From IMG/VR virus record IMGVR_UViG_3300044633_000899, positions 232,331 to 296,330 of that record: a stretch of DNA of 64,000 nucleotides; one strand, given 5' to 3'. Below the pieces are notes generated by a model that was given only the letters and a program-made list of their open reading frames with translations, did not search any database and was not told the DNA's origin. Shown here piece after piece: positions 1-9,891 of the stretch. A program made the position numbers and the translations under genes. Positions within the stretch are counted from its first letter, which is position 1. Every line of letters begins with the position of its first letter.

Positions 1-1
1 T

Positions 2-529
2 ATCGGTAATACATCAACAACATTATTTAGACCATACGGAAATGTTTTGGTTGACGGAGCATTAAGTGTAACAACAATCTCAGCAACAACATATCAAAAC
101 TTACCAGTTAGTGGTTTAACAGAAGGATCAAACATAAGTTTAACAAACAATAGTGGAAACTATACTGTGGCCGTTACTGGTATTACAAACCCAATCAATA
201 GTTATTTTAGTGCTGGTAGTGGAACAACAGTAAACTGGGATGTTTCGGGTCAAAGTACCAATTACGAAATTACTTTAACTGGTACAACAACATTAAATTT
301 AACAAACGTTAGAAATGGTGATTTCGGAACTATCATAATTAGACAAGACGGTGTTGGTGGAAGGACATTAACTTTGGGAACAATAAATGGACCATTAGGA
401 ACACATATAGTTGCGAATGGTGGTGGTGGTTCTATAATATTAACATCAAATGCTAGTGCTATTGATGTTCTAACATTCACATATAATGGTTCAATAATGT
501 TTTGGACAGTTGGAAATGATTACACCTAA
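2..529 (+). CDS. C-terminal part of a tail-fibre/virion structural protein (5' truncated by window edge)
   Basis: Frame is open from base 2 (IGNTSTTLFRPYGNVLVDG...), so the TTG at 47 is not the real start. Thr/Gly/Asn-rich beta-type sequence ending in a TIIIRQDGVGGRTLT motif typical of phage fibre C-termini. Confidence 0.55.
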   Translation: MGNTSTTLFRPYGNVLVDGALSVTTISATTYQNLPVSGLTEGSNISLTNNSGNYTVAVTGITNPINSYFSAGSGTTVNWDVSGQSTNYEITLTGTTTLNLTNVRNGDFGTIIIRQDGVGGRTLTLGTINGPLGTHIVANGGGGSIILTSNASAIDVLTFTYNGSIMFWTVGNDYT

Positions 530-539
530 AAACTAAAAT

Positions 540-1847
540 ATGAGTAGACAACAATTTACGGCAAGAAATAATATTGGTAGTGTGTTAACATTTCAAAAGA
601 GTGGTGCGACCGCGTCTTTTGATCCTTTTGTTTCATTTAGTAGTGGTTCACGACGTGTTTCTTGGAAATTAGATAATGGTACAAATGTTACTCAAACCGC
701 AGGTAATGGTATTACTTATACTGGATTTACTTCAGATACTGGAATTAGGACAATACAAATGAAAGGTAATAGTTTTAGGGATATAAACTTTTTTAGATTA
801 GATAATGATAATTTATATGGTCATTTAGATCTAACCCAATTATCAGAGTTGAGTAATGTTTTTAGGGTGGATGGTAATATAAATTTAACCGGTATTACAC
901 ACGCGCCGTCATCACAAAATTTCTTACAATACCAAGCTAATAATTGTAAACTGACAGGAAATTTAGATTTAACACCATTATCTGGGTTAGGTGGTAGCTT
1001 TCAGGTTTCTAGTAATATAAATTTAACCGGTATTACACACGCGCCGTCATCACAAAATTTCTCACAATACATTGCTAATAATTGTAACCTAACCGGAAAT
1101 TTAGATTTAACACCATTGTCTGGGTTAGGTGGTGGGTTTTGGTTATATACAAACCCAAAATTAACTGGAATAACACACACACAATCATCACAAATTTTTA
1201 GTAATTATTACGCACAGTTTTGTAATCTAATAGGAATTTTAGATTTAACACCATTGTCTGGATTAGGTGGTGATATTAGAATTAATTCTAATACTGGTTT
1301 AACCAATGTAAACTTTACTATAAGTACACAAAACATAACAGCGTTAGCCTTGGACGGGTGTGACATAACGGGAGAAATAGATTTATCACCATTAACAAAA
1401 TTAGGCGCATCAAGCAGTGGTGTCACATTTAGTTGGGTGAGTTTACATACAAACCCAAACTTAACTAGTGTTATTTTCCCAAATACCAATCAGTTTTTTA
1501 AAAATGGTGTAGGGGGTGCCGAAGTGGTTAGCGTTTTTAGGTTATATGGTTGTAACTTAGATTACGTTGACTTTACCCCACTATCAGGTGCAACATTAGT
1601 GTCTGGTACAACACAAGGAAGACCAAGAATATCATTACGAGATAACAATATGTTAGCAGCAGATGTTAACCATATATTAGTTGATTTCAGTGGAAACACA
1701 ACATATAACCCAACAGGGTGGTCAAATGTAAATTTAAATATTGGAGGAACAAACGATCCCCCAGACTCATTTTCGGGTGGATATGATGGTTTAGCTGCAA
1801 TAAGTTTTTTAACGGGTTCACCGTATAATTGGATAATAACAACGTAA
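540..1847 (+). CDS. Leucine-rich-repeat-like beta-solenoid protein with 46-aa repeats, probable virion/receptor-binding accessory protein
   Basis: Repeated LxGxLDLTPLSGLGGxFxxxxNxNLTGITH units; lies directly after a fibre-like gene. Confidence 0.55.
   Translation: MSRQQFTARNNIGSVLTFQKSGATASFDPFVSFSSGSRRVSWKLDNGTNVTQTAGNGITYTGFTSDTGIRTIQMKGNSFRDINFFRLDNDNLYGHLDLTQLSELSNVFRVDGNINLTGITHAPSSQNFLQYQANNCKLTGNLDLTPLSGLGGSFQVSSNINLTGITHAPSSQNFSQYIANNCNLTGNLDLTPLSGLGGGFWLYTNPKLTGITHTQSSQIFSNYYAQFCNLIGILDLTPLSGLGGDIRINSNTGLTNVNFTISTQNITALALDGCDITGEIDLSPLTKLGASSSGVTFSWVSLHTNPNLTSVIFPNTNQFFKNGVGGAEVVSVFRLYGCNLDYVDFTPLSGATLVSGTTQGRPRISLRDNNMLAADVNHILVDFSGNTTYNPTGWSNVNLNIGGTNDPPDSFSGGYDGLAAISFLTGSPYNWIITT
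813..1395 (+). repeat. 138-bp (46-codon) intragenic tandem repeat, about 4-5 units
   Basis: taatataaatttaaccggtattacacacgcgccgtcatcacaaaatttct occurs at 875 and 1013 (period 138); atttagatttaacaccatt recurs at the same period. Confidence 0.85.
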
Positions 1848-1854
1848 TAAACAT

Positions 1855-1883
1855 TTGACAATTATTAATTAATATCGTATGTT
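1855..1883 (+). promoter_or_regulatory. sigma70-like promoter TTGACA-N17-TATGTT upstream of DNA polymerase
   Basis: Exact 17-nt spacing; the same TTGAC[AT]-N17-TATnTT pattern precedes the SSB and RecA-like genes. Confidence 0.65.
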
Positions 1884-1900
1884 TTTATTGTAAAGGTAAA

Positions 1901-1920
1901 TGTCGTTAGAACACACGGCA
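1901..1920 (+). promoter_or_regulatory. 5' UTR hairpin TGTCGT-TAGAACAC-ACGGCA, candidate translational operator of the polymerase gene
   Basis: 6-bp stem (one G-U pair) with an 8-nt loop; a GC-rich island in an AT-rich leader, 26 nt before the ATG. Confidence 0.4.
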
Positions 1921-1946
1921 GCGAATAAACCAAATAAAAACATATT

Positions 1947-4886
1947 ATGATATCAGCAGAAGAAATTAAATCCTTCCTAGAAGGGAATGATCCAGAAGAA
2001 CACATAGTCGCAATTGAGTTTGATTACCAAAAGGACTGTATATATAAAATCAAAGAAATCCCAGATAAGGGAAAATCTATCGTTAAAGATAGTTTAATAG
2101 CATTCGCTTGGGTTGGTGACCTACGTGGGTTAAATTTTTACCAAGGTTCAAAAGCATTACAAAAAGAAGCAATGTCCAAATATGGTATTGTTATTGATAA
2201 ATTACGAACCGATGGAAACGAACAATTAGAAAAAGGTTTAACATTCTTAGTTAAATCAATGAAAGGTTATAGATCATTAACACAATTCTTTAAAGATGGT
2301 GGTATTGATCCGTGGGGTGAAAAAGCAAAAGATAAATTCATAATGTTAACCCCCACAGAACAATTCCTAGTATCAAAAGAAAAAAGATTGTTTAAAGGTT
2401 TTGAGGATTATAACACTGTTACCAGACTTGTATTTGACCTTGAGACAACCTCTTTAGAACCAAAAGATGGTAGGATATTTATGATTGGTATCAAAACCAA
2501 TAAAGGATACAGAAAGGTTATTGAGTGTACAAACGATGATGAAGAAAGAAAAGGTATTACCGAATTTTTTAAAATCATTGACGAATTAAAACCATCAATA
2601 ATATCTGGTTACAATTCATTTAACTTTGACTGGAAATGGATTTATGAAAGATGTGAAATCTTAAACATTGACATAAAAAGAATCGCAAAAACATTAAACA
2701 GTCAACGTCCAATATCACAAAAAGATTCAATGTTAAAATTGGGTAACGAAGTTGAGAGGTTTGTTCAAACTCAAATGTGGGGTTATAACAATATTGATAT
2801 TATCCATTCTGTACGTAGAGCACAAGCAATTAATTCATCAATAAAAGAAGCGGGTCTTAAATACATAACAAAACATATTAACGCAGAAGCAAAAGATCGT
2901 GTGTATATTGATCATAATAAAATTGGGTCAATGTATAGAGATAAGGAAGAACATTGGTTAAATATTGAGAATGGTAATTATAAAAAGATTGGTGTTGACC
3001 CAAAGATTGATGAGATTTGTGAACGAAGAAACGATATCTATATTAAAACAACAGGTGATGATATTGTTGAGAGATACCTTGACGATGACCTTGAAGAAAC
3101 GTTATTAGTTGACGAACAGTTTAATCAAGGATCATTTCTATTAGCGTCATTACTTCCAACAACTTATGAGAGAGTATCAACAATGGGTACTGCGACAATC
3201 TGGAAATTGGTAATGTTGGCGTGGTCATATAAAAATGGTTTGGCAATTCCTGCGAAAAAAGAAAAACGAAACTTTGTTGGTGGATTGTCACGATTGTTAA
3301 AGGTGGGTTACTCAAGAGACGTTTTAAAATTAGACTACTCGTCACTTTACCCATCAATCCAACTTACACACGATGTGTTTCCAGAATCAGATATAACTGG
3401 TGTTATGAAAGGTTTATTATCTTACTTTAGGGATACTCGTATTATGTATAAGAATTTATCCGCCGAATGGAAATCAAAAGATGTTAAAATATCACAGAAG
3501 TATGATAATTTCCAATTACCTGTAAAAATATTTATTAATTCACTTTTTGGTGCGTTATCAGCACCACAAGTATTTCCGTGGGGTGATATGGACAGAGGTG
3601 AAATGATAACCTGTACCGGTCGTCAGTATTTAAGAATGATGATAAATTTTTTTACAGAAAGGGGTTACAATGCGAGCGTGATGGACACTGACGGCATTAA
3701 TTTCTCTGTTCCAAGTGGTGTTGAAAATAGAAGGTATGTTGGTAAAGGTCTTAACTGGTTGGTGGAAGAAGGTAAAGAATATGTTGGGGCTGACGCTGAT
3801 GTTGCGGAATTTAACGATATGTGTATGAGGGGAACGATGGGCCTCGATACTGACGGGAGTTGGCCAGCATGTATTAATCTTGCTCGTAAAAATTATGCGT
3901 TATTAACAGATAAAGGTAAAGTCAAGTTAACGGGTAACTCAATTAAGTCCAAAAAAATGCCAAAATATATTGAGGTGTTTTTAGATAAAGGAATTAAAAT
4001 GTTATTAAATGGTTATGGTCAAGATTTTGTTGAGTGGTATTATGATTATTTACATAGAATTTTTGACCAAGATATCCCCCTAATGGAAATTGCGAATAAA
4101 GCCAAGATTAAACAAAGTGTTGGTGATTACATTAAAAGAAGTAAAACAACAACCAAATCTGGTGCGTTAATGTCAAGACAAGCACATATGGAGTTGGCGA
4201 TTTTAGAGAACTTAAACGTCAATCTCGGTGATGTCATCTATTATGTAAACAACGGAACAAAGGCAACACACGGAGATGTACAAAAAGTTAATAAACCAAA
4301 GGCGGGTTGGAACGATGAACAAATAAAATTATTTTTTTCCGATTCTACAACATCTAAAGTTACTTACAAAGAAAAAGAAAGTTTCCTGCTTGAAAATGGT
4401 TGGGAAAAGTCTTGGTCAGAAGATAATTGGGTACGTAGTAATTCTAAAAATAAAGAGGCAAATACTGGTATACCAACAGATACCGCTTATAAAGTTGCTA
4501 ATTCAGATTCCGTTATCCAATTAAATTGTTATAGAATTGACCCCCAGGAATTAGAGAGTAACCCTAATCTAAGAGGTGAATATAATGTTCAAAGGGCAAT
4601 CGCAACATTTAATAAAAGGGTTGAACCATTATTGGTATGTTTTAAAGAAGAAGTTAGAAATGGATTGTTAGTTAAAAATCCAGAAGAAAGACCTTACTTT
4701 ACAAAAGATCAGTGTGAACTAATCAATGGCGTTCCTTTTGATGATGAAGATCAGGATAAATTGGAGGACGTTATGGAAATGTCAGACGATGAGGTTGTGT
4801 TTTGGGAAAAGGTTGGTGTTTCACCATATCATATGTATGATAACATTGACCCATATATGGTCAAATTCATACCTCAAGAAGTTTAA
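1947..4886 (+). CDS. polB: Family B DNA polymerase with 3'-5' exonuclease
   Basis: ExoI FDLETT, region A LDYSSLYPSI, region B KIFINSLFG, region C MDTDG. Confidence 0.95.
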   Translation: MISAEEIKSFLEGNDPEEHIVAIEFDYQKDCIYKIKEIPDKGKSIVKDSLIAFAWVGDLRGLNFYQGSKALQKEAMSKYGIVIDKLRTDGNEQLEKGLTFLVKSMKGYRSLTQFFKDGGIDPWGEKAKDKFIMLTPTEQFLVSKEKRLFKGFEDYNTVTRLVFDLETTSLEPKDGRIFMIGIKTNKGYRKVIECTNDDEERKGITEFFKIIDELKPSIISGYNSFNFDWKWIYERCEILNIDIKRIAKTLNSQRPISQKDSMLKLGNEVERFVQTQMWGYNNIDIIHSVRRAQAINSSIKEAGLKYITKHINAEAKDRVYIDHNKIGSMYRDKEEHWLNIENGNYKKIGVDPKIDEICERRNDIYIKTTGDDIVERYLDDDLEETLLVDEQFNQGSFLLASLLPTTYERVSTMGTATIWKLVMLAWSYKNGLAIPAKKEKRNFVGGLSRLLKVGYSRDVLKLDYSSLYPSIQLTHDVFPESDITGVMKGLLSYFRDTRIMYKNLSAEWKSKDVKISQKYDNFQLPVKIFINSLFGALSAPQVFPWGDMDRGEMITCTGRQYLRMMINFFTERGYNASVMDTDGINFSVPSGVENRRYVGKGLNWLVEEGKEYVGADADVAEFNDMCMRGTMGLDTDGSWPACINLARKNYALLTDKGKVKLTGNSIKSKKMPKYIEVFLDKGIKMLLNGYGQDFVEWYYDYLHRIFDQDIPLMEIANKAKIKQSVGDYIKRSKTTTKSGALMSRQAHMELAILENLNVNLGDVIYYVNNGTKATHGDVQKVNKPKAGWNDEQIKLFFSDSTTSKVTYKEKESFLLENGWEKSWSEDNWVRSNSKNKEANTGIPTDTAYKVANSDSVIQLNCYRIDPQELESNPNLRGEYNVQRAIATFNKRVEPLLVCFKEEVRNGLLVKNPEERPYFTKDQCELINGVPFDDEDQDKLEDVMEMSDDEVVFWEKVGVSPYHMYDNIDPYMVKFIPQEV

Positions 4887-5260
4887 TTAAATTTAACACC
4901 ATCACTTGCGATAACATACCAATTACCTTCAAGAAACTGGAACTGAACACAGGCACCCTTCTCTAAAAGAAGTTCGTCCCATTCTTCATCTATAGAACCA
5001 ACATCAGTTTTAATTAAAACATTTGTTAGTGATTTAATTGTTATTTTATTTGTTTTTCCCGATTTTAAAGTAACTTCAGAATATTCAACGTCTTTAACAA
5101 TTAAAAATGACTCATCGTTAATTATGTAATTATCAACAGAAATTATTTTTTGTATTTCCGTTGGTTTTTCAACAACTACTTTTGGTTCAACAACCGTTTG
5201 TGTGTGATATCTAACAACATTTTTTCGTTGTGTGATATTTTCTACTCTTAATCCACCCAT
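4883..5260 (-). CDS. Hypothetical protein, probably structural (beta-rich)
   Basis: 125-aa ORF co-oriented and abutting the neck gene; its stop overlaps the polymerase stop. Confidence 0.7.
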   Translation of the reverse strand: MGGLRVENITQRKNVVRYHTQTVVEPKVVVEKPTEIQKIISVDNYIINDESFLIVKDVEYSEVTLKSGKTNKITIKSLTNVLIKTDVGSIDEEWDELLLEKGACVQFQFLEGNWYVIASDGVKFN

Positions 5261-6387
5261 TATATTACGTATATTTGTCTTGGCATCGCCCTAAATTTTA
5301 GGGATTTATTTAAATTTTCAGCAAGTAATGCTTCTCTTTCAATTACTTTGTCTGGTTTCAATCTTGTTAATCTTCCTTCAGCACCAATTAACTCATCAAT
5401 TAATTTTGTTTTTTCATCTTTCGCTTCAGTTGCAAGTGATGTGTAATCCATTGTTAAGTCACCGTCTGGTGTTTTTAAGTTACCACTGAATTTTCCACGT
5501 ACTCTAGAAAGTGTTTCTTTACAGTAAGCAATAAACCATCGTCTAACCCAAATTTGAGAGGGGTTATTTAAGTCCACCCAACTCATTTTATCAAATGGTA
5601 CATCAGAAGGTAATTTAATAATGTCTGGGTTGTCTTTTAAACATTTGTCTCTATCGGCAGGACCAACATCATAATACCAATACCAGACCTTTCCTTTTGT
5701 TAGTGTTCCATTACCAAAGTCAAATTTACCACCAGGTGTGTTCATTAAGTGTATCGCTTTTTTACCATCGGGTAACGCTGTTACTCTATATGTTAAATCA
5801 CCTGCGATAATTCTTCTTTGTATGTTTATTTCTTGCATTCTTAATAACATATCAAACGCCGGCATCATAAAATAACTTCCGGCCATATTACCCATTTGTG
5901 CAAGACCTCCGCCACCACCAAGACCACCTCCGGCACCTAACGCACCAAAAGACCAAGGGTCAAACATTGTATTATTTAATGTCGCTGGGGTAAACCATAG
6001 TAATTCGTTTAATTCACGATTGGCAGGTATTTCATATATTTGTTGGTTTGGTGCTAATTGAATGTAGTCTTTTTTTAAGACACTCTCACCGCCTGCTTGT
6101 AACCCAACAATTTTTGAGTAAGCATAAGTATATCTTGTTTCATAATCTAAACTTCTTGTCGTAAACGCTTTTGATAAAGATTGTGTGTCTAAGTTTAAAT
6201 TGTTTAATGCAGTCCATTGTGACTCAATTAACCAATCTTGTACATATTGTGAATATTCATCAATTGAGAACTCTAAAAGTGTATCCATTTGTTCGTCCTC
6301 TAACTCAACACTTCTCTGTGGAGCACCTAATAAATGTCTAACTTTTTTATATAAGTTACTTCTTTCTGGTTCGTCAATTATTCCCAT
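5260..6387 (-). CDS. Neck/head-completion protein (T4 gp13-like)
   Basis: N-terminal LLGAPQRSVELEDEQMD pattern and C-terminal coiled coil as in gp13-type neck proteins; TATTTAT motif upstream at 6401-6407. Confidence 0.65.
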   Translation of the reverse strand: MGIIDEPERSNLYKKVRHLLGAPQRSVELEDEQMDTLLEFSIDEYSQYVQDWLIESQWTALNNLNLDTQSLSKAFTTRSLDYETRYTYAYSKIVGLQAGGESVLKKDYIQLAPNQQIYEIPANRELNELLWFTPATLNNTMFDPWSFGALGAGGGLGGGGGLAQMGNMAGSYFMMPAFDMLLRMQEINIQRRIIAGDLTYRVTALPDGKKAIHLMNTPGGKFDFGNGTLTKGKVWYWYYDVGPADRDKCLKDNPDIIKLPSDVPFDKMSWVDLNNPSQIWVRRWFIAYCKETLSRVRGKFSGNLKTPDGDLTMDYTSLATEAKDEKTKLIDELIGAEGRLTRLKPDKVIEREALLAENLNKSLKFRAMPRQIYVI

Positions 6388-6423
6388 AGTGATTTTTTAT
6401 ATAAATATCAACAAGTTTAAATT

Positions 6424-6870
6424 TTAACCGATTACCATTAATTTTGGGTTGTAGTTTCTAACTGGGTTTGCGTCACTTATGTTAAACGTTTTGTCTAACC
6501 ACACTTTTATAATTGATTCTGTTTGTTCTGGTGTTAATTTAAAAAAATTTTCTAACACCATCCAAAATTCAGAATTGTTAATAAACATTTTTTTTGTCAA
6601 TAGATTAAAAACTATCAAATTGTCATTTGGTTTTTTGCGAAACAACATTAAATTAGATGATGTTTTACTTATAACCGTTTCTAAATCGTTATACAAATTT
6701 AAAAACTCAAACGGATTGTTGTCAAACCCTTTTGATATGATTGTGTCAATACTATTAAAATATATTAATTTATTCCACCCCTCATTTTTAATCTTATTTT
6801 GGATGATTTCTTTTTCACTTAAAGATTCATTTAATCTTTTGTACTGACTTTCGGATATAATAATTTTCAT
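6424..6870 (-). CDS. Variable-tail family protein, divergent member
   Basis: MKIIISESQYK leader; PFEFLNLYNDL matches the family motif PMDFLNLFNDL; WLD..FN motif followed by a tail of the same length ending IG. Confidence 0.85.
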   Translation of the reverse strand: MKIIISESQYKRLNESLSEKEIIQNKIKNEGWNKLIYFNSIDTIISKGFDNNPFEFLNLYNDLETVISKTSSNLMLFRKKPNDNLIVFNLLTKKMFINNSEFWMVLENFFKLTPEQTESIIKVWLDKTFNISDANPVRNYNPKLMVIG

Positions 6871-6874
6871 ATTG

Positions 6875-6881
6875 ATAAATA
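6875..6881 (-). promoter_or_regulatory. TATTTAT motif, putative late promoter (representative copy; about 22 copies upstream of genes)
   Basis: Coding-strand TATTTAT at 6401, 6875, 7346, 7832, 9391, 9875, 10346 (minus) and 12149, 13773, 15616, 21049, 23028, 35179, 38178, 41494, 46346, 47862, 48988, 51303, 51990, 52422, 61599 (plus), about 4-40 nt before start codons, mainly of structural genes. Confidence 0.7.
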
Positions 6882-6891
6882 TTCTATTTTT

Positions 6892-7341
6892 TCAATTTGT
6901 AGACCTCATCCAATTGTCATCAACACCAATTATCAATGGTATGACATCCCTTAAATTGTGGGTCAACCATTTCTGTATAAGTTTCTGTATATTAGTGTAG
7001 TTAAGACCAAAGTTACCTTCCAAAACTGACCAAATTTCATTATAATTAATATAAACCTCATCACTTTCTCTATCGTGAATGATAAAATTATGACCTTTTT
7101 TAAAACGATATAATGTCCAATATTCTTCTTCTTCACTCTGAACCGATTCCAGATCATTAAATAAGTTTAAGAAATCCATTGGTTCTTTAATGTCAAAAAT
7201 TTCAAGAGTTTTATCCAAGGACCCAACAATCTTTGTTACAGATTCAAAACCAACCTTTTTTATTAAACCCAATAATTTTTCTTTTAAAGAAACGTTTTCT
7301 TTAATTAGTTTGTATTGACTTTCGGTGATGATAATTTTCAT
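6892..7341 (-). CDS. Variable-tail family protein
   Basis: 149 aa, family core PMDFLNLFNDLESVQSEE; ends in the second repeat copy read as WMRSTN*. Confidence 0.9.
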   Translation of the reverse strand: MKIIITESQYKLIKENVSLKEKLLGLIKKVGFESVTKIVGSLDKTLEIFDIKEPMDFLNLFNDLESVQSEEEEYWTLYRFKKGHNFIIHDRESDEVYINYNEIWSVLEGNFGLNYTNIQKLIQKWLTHNLRDVIPLIIGVDDNWMRSTN

Positions 7342-7377
7342 ATTGATAAATATTCTAATTTTTTTAAATTGTAGATA

Positions 7378-7827
7378 TCATTCAATTTTTCCAATTACTT
7401 CCGTGCTGTTTGCGTAGATTCTGACTCCCCTTAAATTGTAGACCTCACCCAACCATATCTCTATAATTTTCTGTCTTTCAGAAAATTTAAGACCAAATTT
7501 ATCTTCCAATACTGACCAAATTTCATCAGAATTGATATAAACAGAATCATTTTTTCTATCGTAAACCATAAAGTTATGACCTTTTCTATAACGATACAAT
7601 GTCCAATTTTCATCTTCCTCACTCTGAACCGATTCCAAATCATTAAATAAATTTAAGAAATCCATCGGTTCTTTGACATCAAAGATTTCAAATGTTTTAT
7701 CCAAAGATCCAACAATCTTTGTTACAGATTTAAAACCAACTTTTTTTATTAAACCCAACAATTTTTCCTTTAAAGAAACGTTTTCTTTGATTAGTTTGTA
7801 TTGACTTTCGGATATAATAATTTTCAT
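7378..7827 (-). CDS. Variable-tail family protein
   Basis: 149 aa, family core; WLGEVYNLRGVR plus unique tail IYANSTEVIGKIE*. Confidence 0.9.
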   Translation of the reverse strand: MKIIISESQYKLIKENVSLKEKLLGLIKKVGFKSVTKIVGSLDKTFEIFDVKEPMDFLNLFNDLESVQSEEDENWTLYRYRKGHNFMVYDRKNDSVYINSDEIWSVLEDKFGLKFSERQKIIEIWLGEVYNLRGVRIYANSTEVIGKIE

Positions 7828-7862
7828 ATTGATAAATATTCTAATTTTTTAAATTGTAGACC

Positions 7863-9386
7863 TCATCCAGTAAAGAAATCCATTGGCATAAATACAAATT
7901 TAGGTGTGACTCCCCTTAAATTGTAGACCTCATCCAACCACCTCTCTGTAAGTTTTTGTATTTCAGAGTAGTTAAGACCAAATTTATCTTCCAAAACTGA
8001 CCAAATTTCATCATAATTGATATAAACATAATCCTTTTTTCTATCGTAAATCATTATATTATGATCTTTTTTATAACGAAATAATATCCAATTTTCTTTT
8101 TCTTCAGATTGGGTACCTTTCAAATCATTAAATAGATGTAAGAAATCCATCGGTTCTTTAATGTCAAAAATTTTAAATAAATTATCCAAGGATCCAACAA
8201 TTTTTGTTACAGATTCAAAACCAACTTTTTTGATTAAACCCAATAATTTTTCTTTTAAAGATATTGATTCATTTAATGGTTTTTTATTATCCTCTTTTTT
8301 TGTTTTTGAGATATATAAATCATTAACAAATTCCCAATTAACACAATTCCAAAAGTTTTTAATATATTCGTCACGTTTATTTTGATATTTTAAATAATAC
8401 GCGTGTTCCCAGACATCCAACCCCAACAATGGATAACCACCATCTTTAATGATATTCATTAATGGATTATCTTGATTTGGTGTGGACATAATTTTAAGTC
8501 TATTTGTTTTTGTTAAGACAAGCCAAACCCAACCAGAACCAAATCTATCTTTTGCAATTTGGTTAAACTCATCTTTCATCTTTTTTATATTACCATATTG
8601 TTTGGTAATTTTATCAAAAATTTCACCCTTTGGTATTTGTTTCTTTGGTGACAACATCTTCCAAAACAAAGCGTGGTTAAAAGCACCCCCAGCGTTGTTT
8701 CGTACTTTCTCATCAAATTTACTAATTGATTTTATAATATCTTCTAATTCAAGATCTTTATGTTTTTTTTCAGATAAAGCATCATTTAATTTTTTAACAT
8801 AACCTTTATAATGTTTGTTGTAATGAATATCCATCGTTTTTGGATCAACAAATTGTTTTAATGCGGAATATGAATATGGTAATTTTTCAATACCAATTTT
8901 TTTCATTTCCATAATAAACTCTTCTTTGATGTTTTCTTTTTCCGTTAAGAGAATTTGTTCTGAGATAAGATTAATTTTATTAACTATTTTTTCTGAACAC
9001 TCAAAAACCAATTGATTATAATCTGGGTATTCTTTTTCAAACATTTTTATTAATCTACCAGCAAAAGCGTTTGCCTCATCTTCATTTTGACCACCAATAT
9101 CTGGTCCTCGTTCTCTACCTAAAGAAAAACGTTGGTGTGCGTGAACCCACTCGTGAGCCAAGGTTCTCATAATGTCACGATTTAATCTATTTTTTGATAA
9201 AATTTTTAATGTACCGTCCATACTCTGACTACCAGTTGACATTTGACCCATTTTATCACCCAAAAACAAAATTGTTAAATCTTGATTAACAGGATAATGA
9301 TTACCTAAAAACTTGATAAAATCATTGTACATTTTTTTATCGTTAGCATCAAGTCCAGAATCATTATGTTTAATTGTGATTTTCAT
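7863..9386 (-). CDS. sodA: Tripartite fusion: HExxH zincin-like domain + Mn-type (Fe/Mn family) superoxide dismutase + variable-tail family domain
   Basis: TLAHEWVH...EDEANAFAG (aa ~75-110); SOD motifs LPYSYSAL, HYNKH, NNAGGAFNH, FGSGWVWL, NQDNP, DVWEHAYY (GG and NQD point to the Mn type); the last ~135 aa are a variable-tail domain. Confidence 0.9.
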   Translation of the reverse strand: MKITIKHNDSGLDANDKKMYNDFIKFLGNHYPVNQDLTILFLGDKMGQMSTGSQSMDGTLKILSKNRLNRDIMRTLAHEWVHAHQRFSLGRERGPDIGGQNEDEANAFAGRLIKMFEKEYPDYNQLVFECSEKIVNKINLISEQILLTEKENIKEEFIMEMKKIGIEKLPYSYSALKQFVDPKTMDIHYNKHYKGYVKKLNDALSEKKHKDLELEDIIKSISKFDEKVRNNAGGAFNHALFWKMLSPKKQIPKGEIFDKITKQYGNIKKMKDEFNQIAKDRFGSGWVWLVLTKTNRLKIMSTPNQDNPLMNIIKDGGYPLLGLDVWEHAYYLKYQNKRDEYIKNFWNCVNWEFVNDLYISKTKKEDNKKPLNESISLKEKLLGLIKKVGFESVTKIVGSLDNLFKIFDIKEPMDFLHLFNDLKGTQSEEKENWILFRYKKDHNIMIYDRKKDYVYINYDEIWSVLEDKFGLNYSEIQKLTERWLDEVYNLRGVTPKFVFMPMDFFTG

Positions 9387-9423
9387 AATTATAAATATCT
9401 AATGATTGTAAAATATAGTTTTA

Positions 9424-9870
9424 TTAAATCATAGATATCATCCAATCCCAATTCTGAAAGTTCTCAAAAACCCAAGTCGGTCTGGTTCTCTTTAAATTGT
9501 AGGTATCATCCAACCAATCCTTAATAAGGTTACTTATATCATAATAGTTTGTTAAATGTTTCTGTTCTAAAACTGACCAAATGTCACCATAATTGATATA
9601 AACAGCATCACTTCTTCTGTCGTGAATCATAATGTTATAACCTTTTTTATAACGATATAATGTCCAAGATGGTCTTTCCTCACTCTGAATTACATCCAAT
9701 TCATTAAATAAATTTAAGAAATCCATCGGTTCTTTGATATCCAAAATTTCAAGTGTTTTATCCAAGGATCCAACAATTTTTGTTGTGGACTTAAAACCAA
9801 TTTTTTTAACTAAACCTAGTAATTTTTCTTTAATCGATTTATATTGATTTTCGGTTATAATAATTTTCAT
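9424..9870 (-). CDS. Variable-tail family protein
   Basis: 148 aa, family core; WLDDTYNLKRTR plus unique tail ending WMISMI*. Confidence 0.9.
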   Translation of the reverse strand: MKIIITENQYKSIKEKLLGLVKKIGFKSTTKIVGSLDKTLEILDIKEPMDFLNLFNELDVIQSEERPSWTLYRYKKGYNIMIHDRRSDAVYINYGDIWSVLEQKHLTNYYDISNLIKDWLDDTYNLKRTRPTWVFENFQNWDWMISMI

Positions 9871-9891
9871 ATTGATAAATATTTCACTTTT

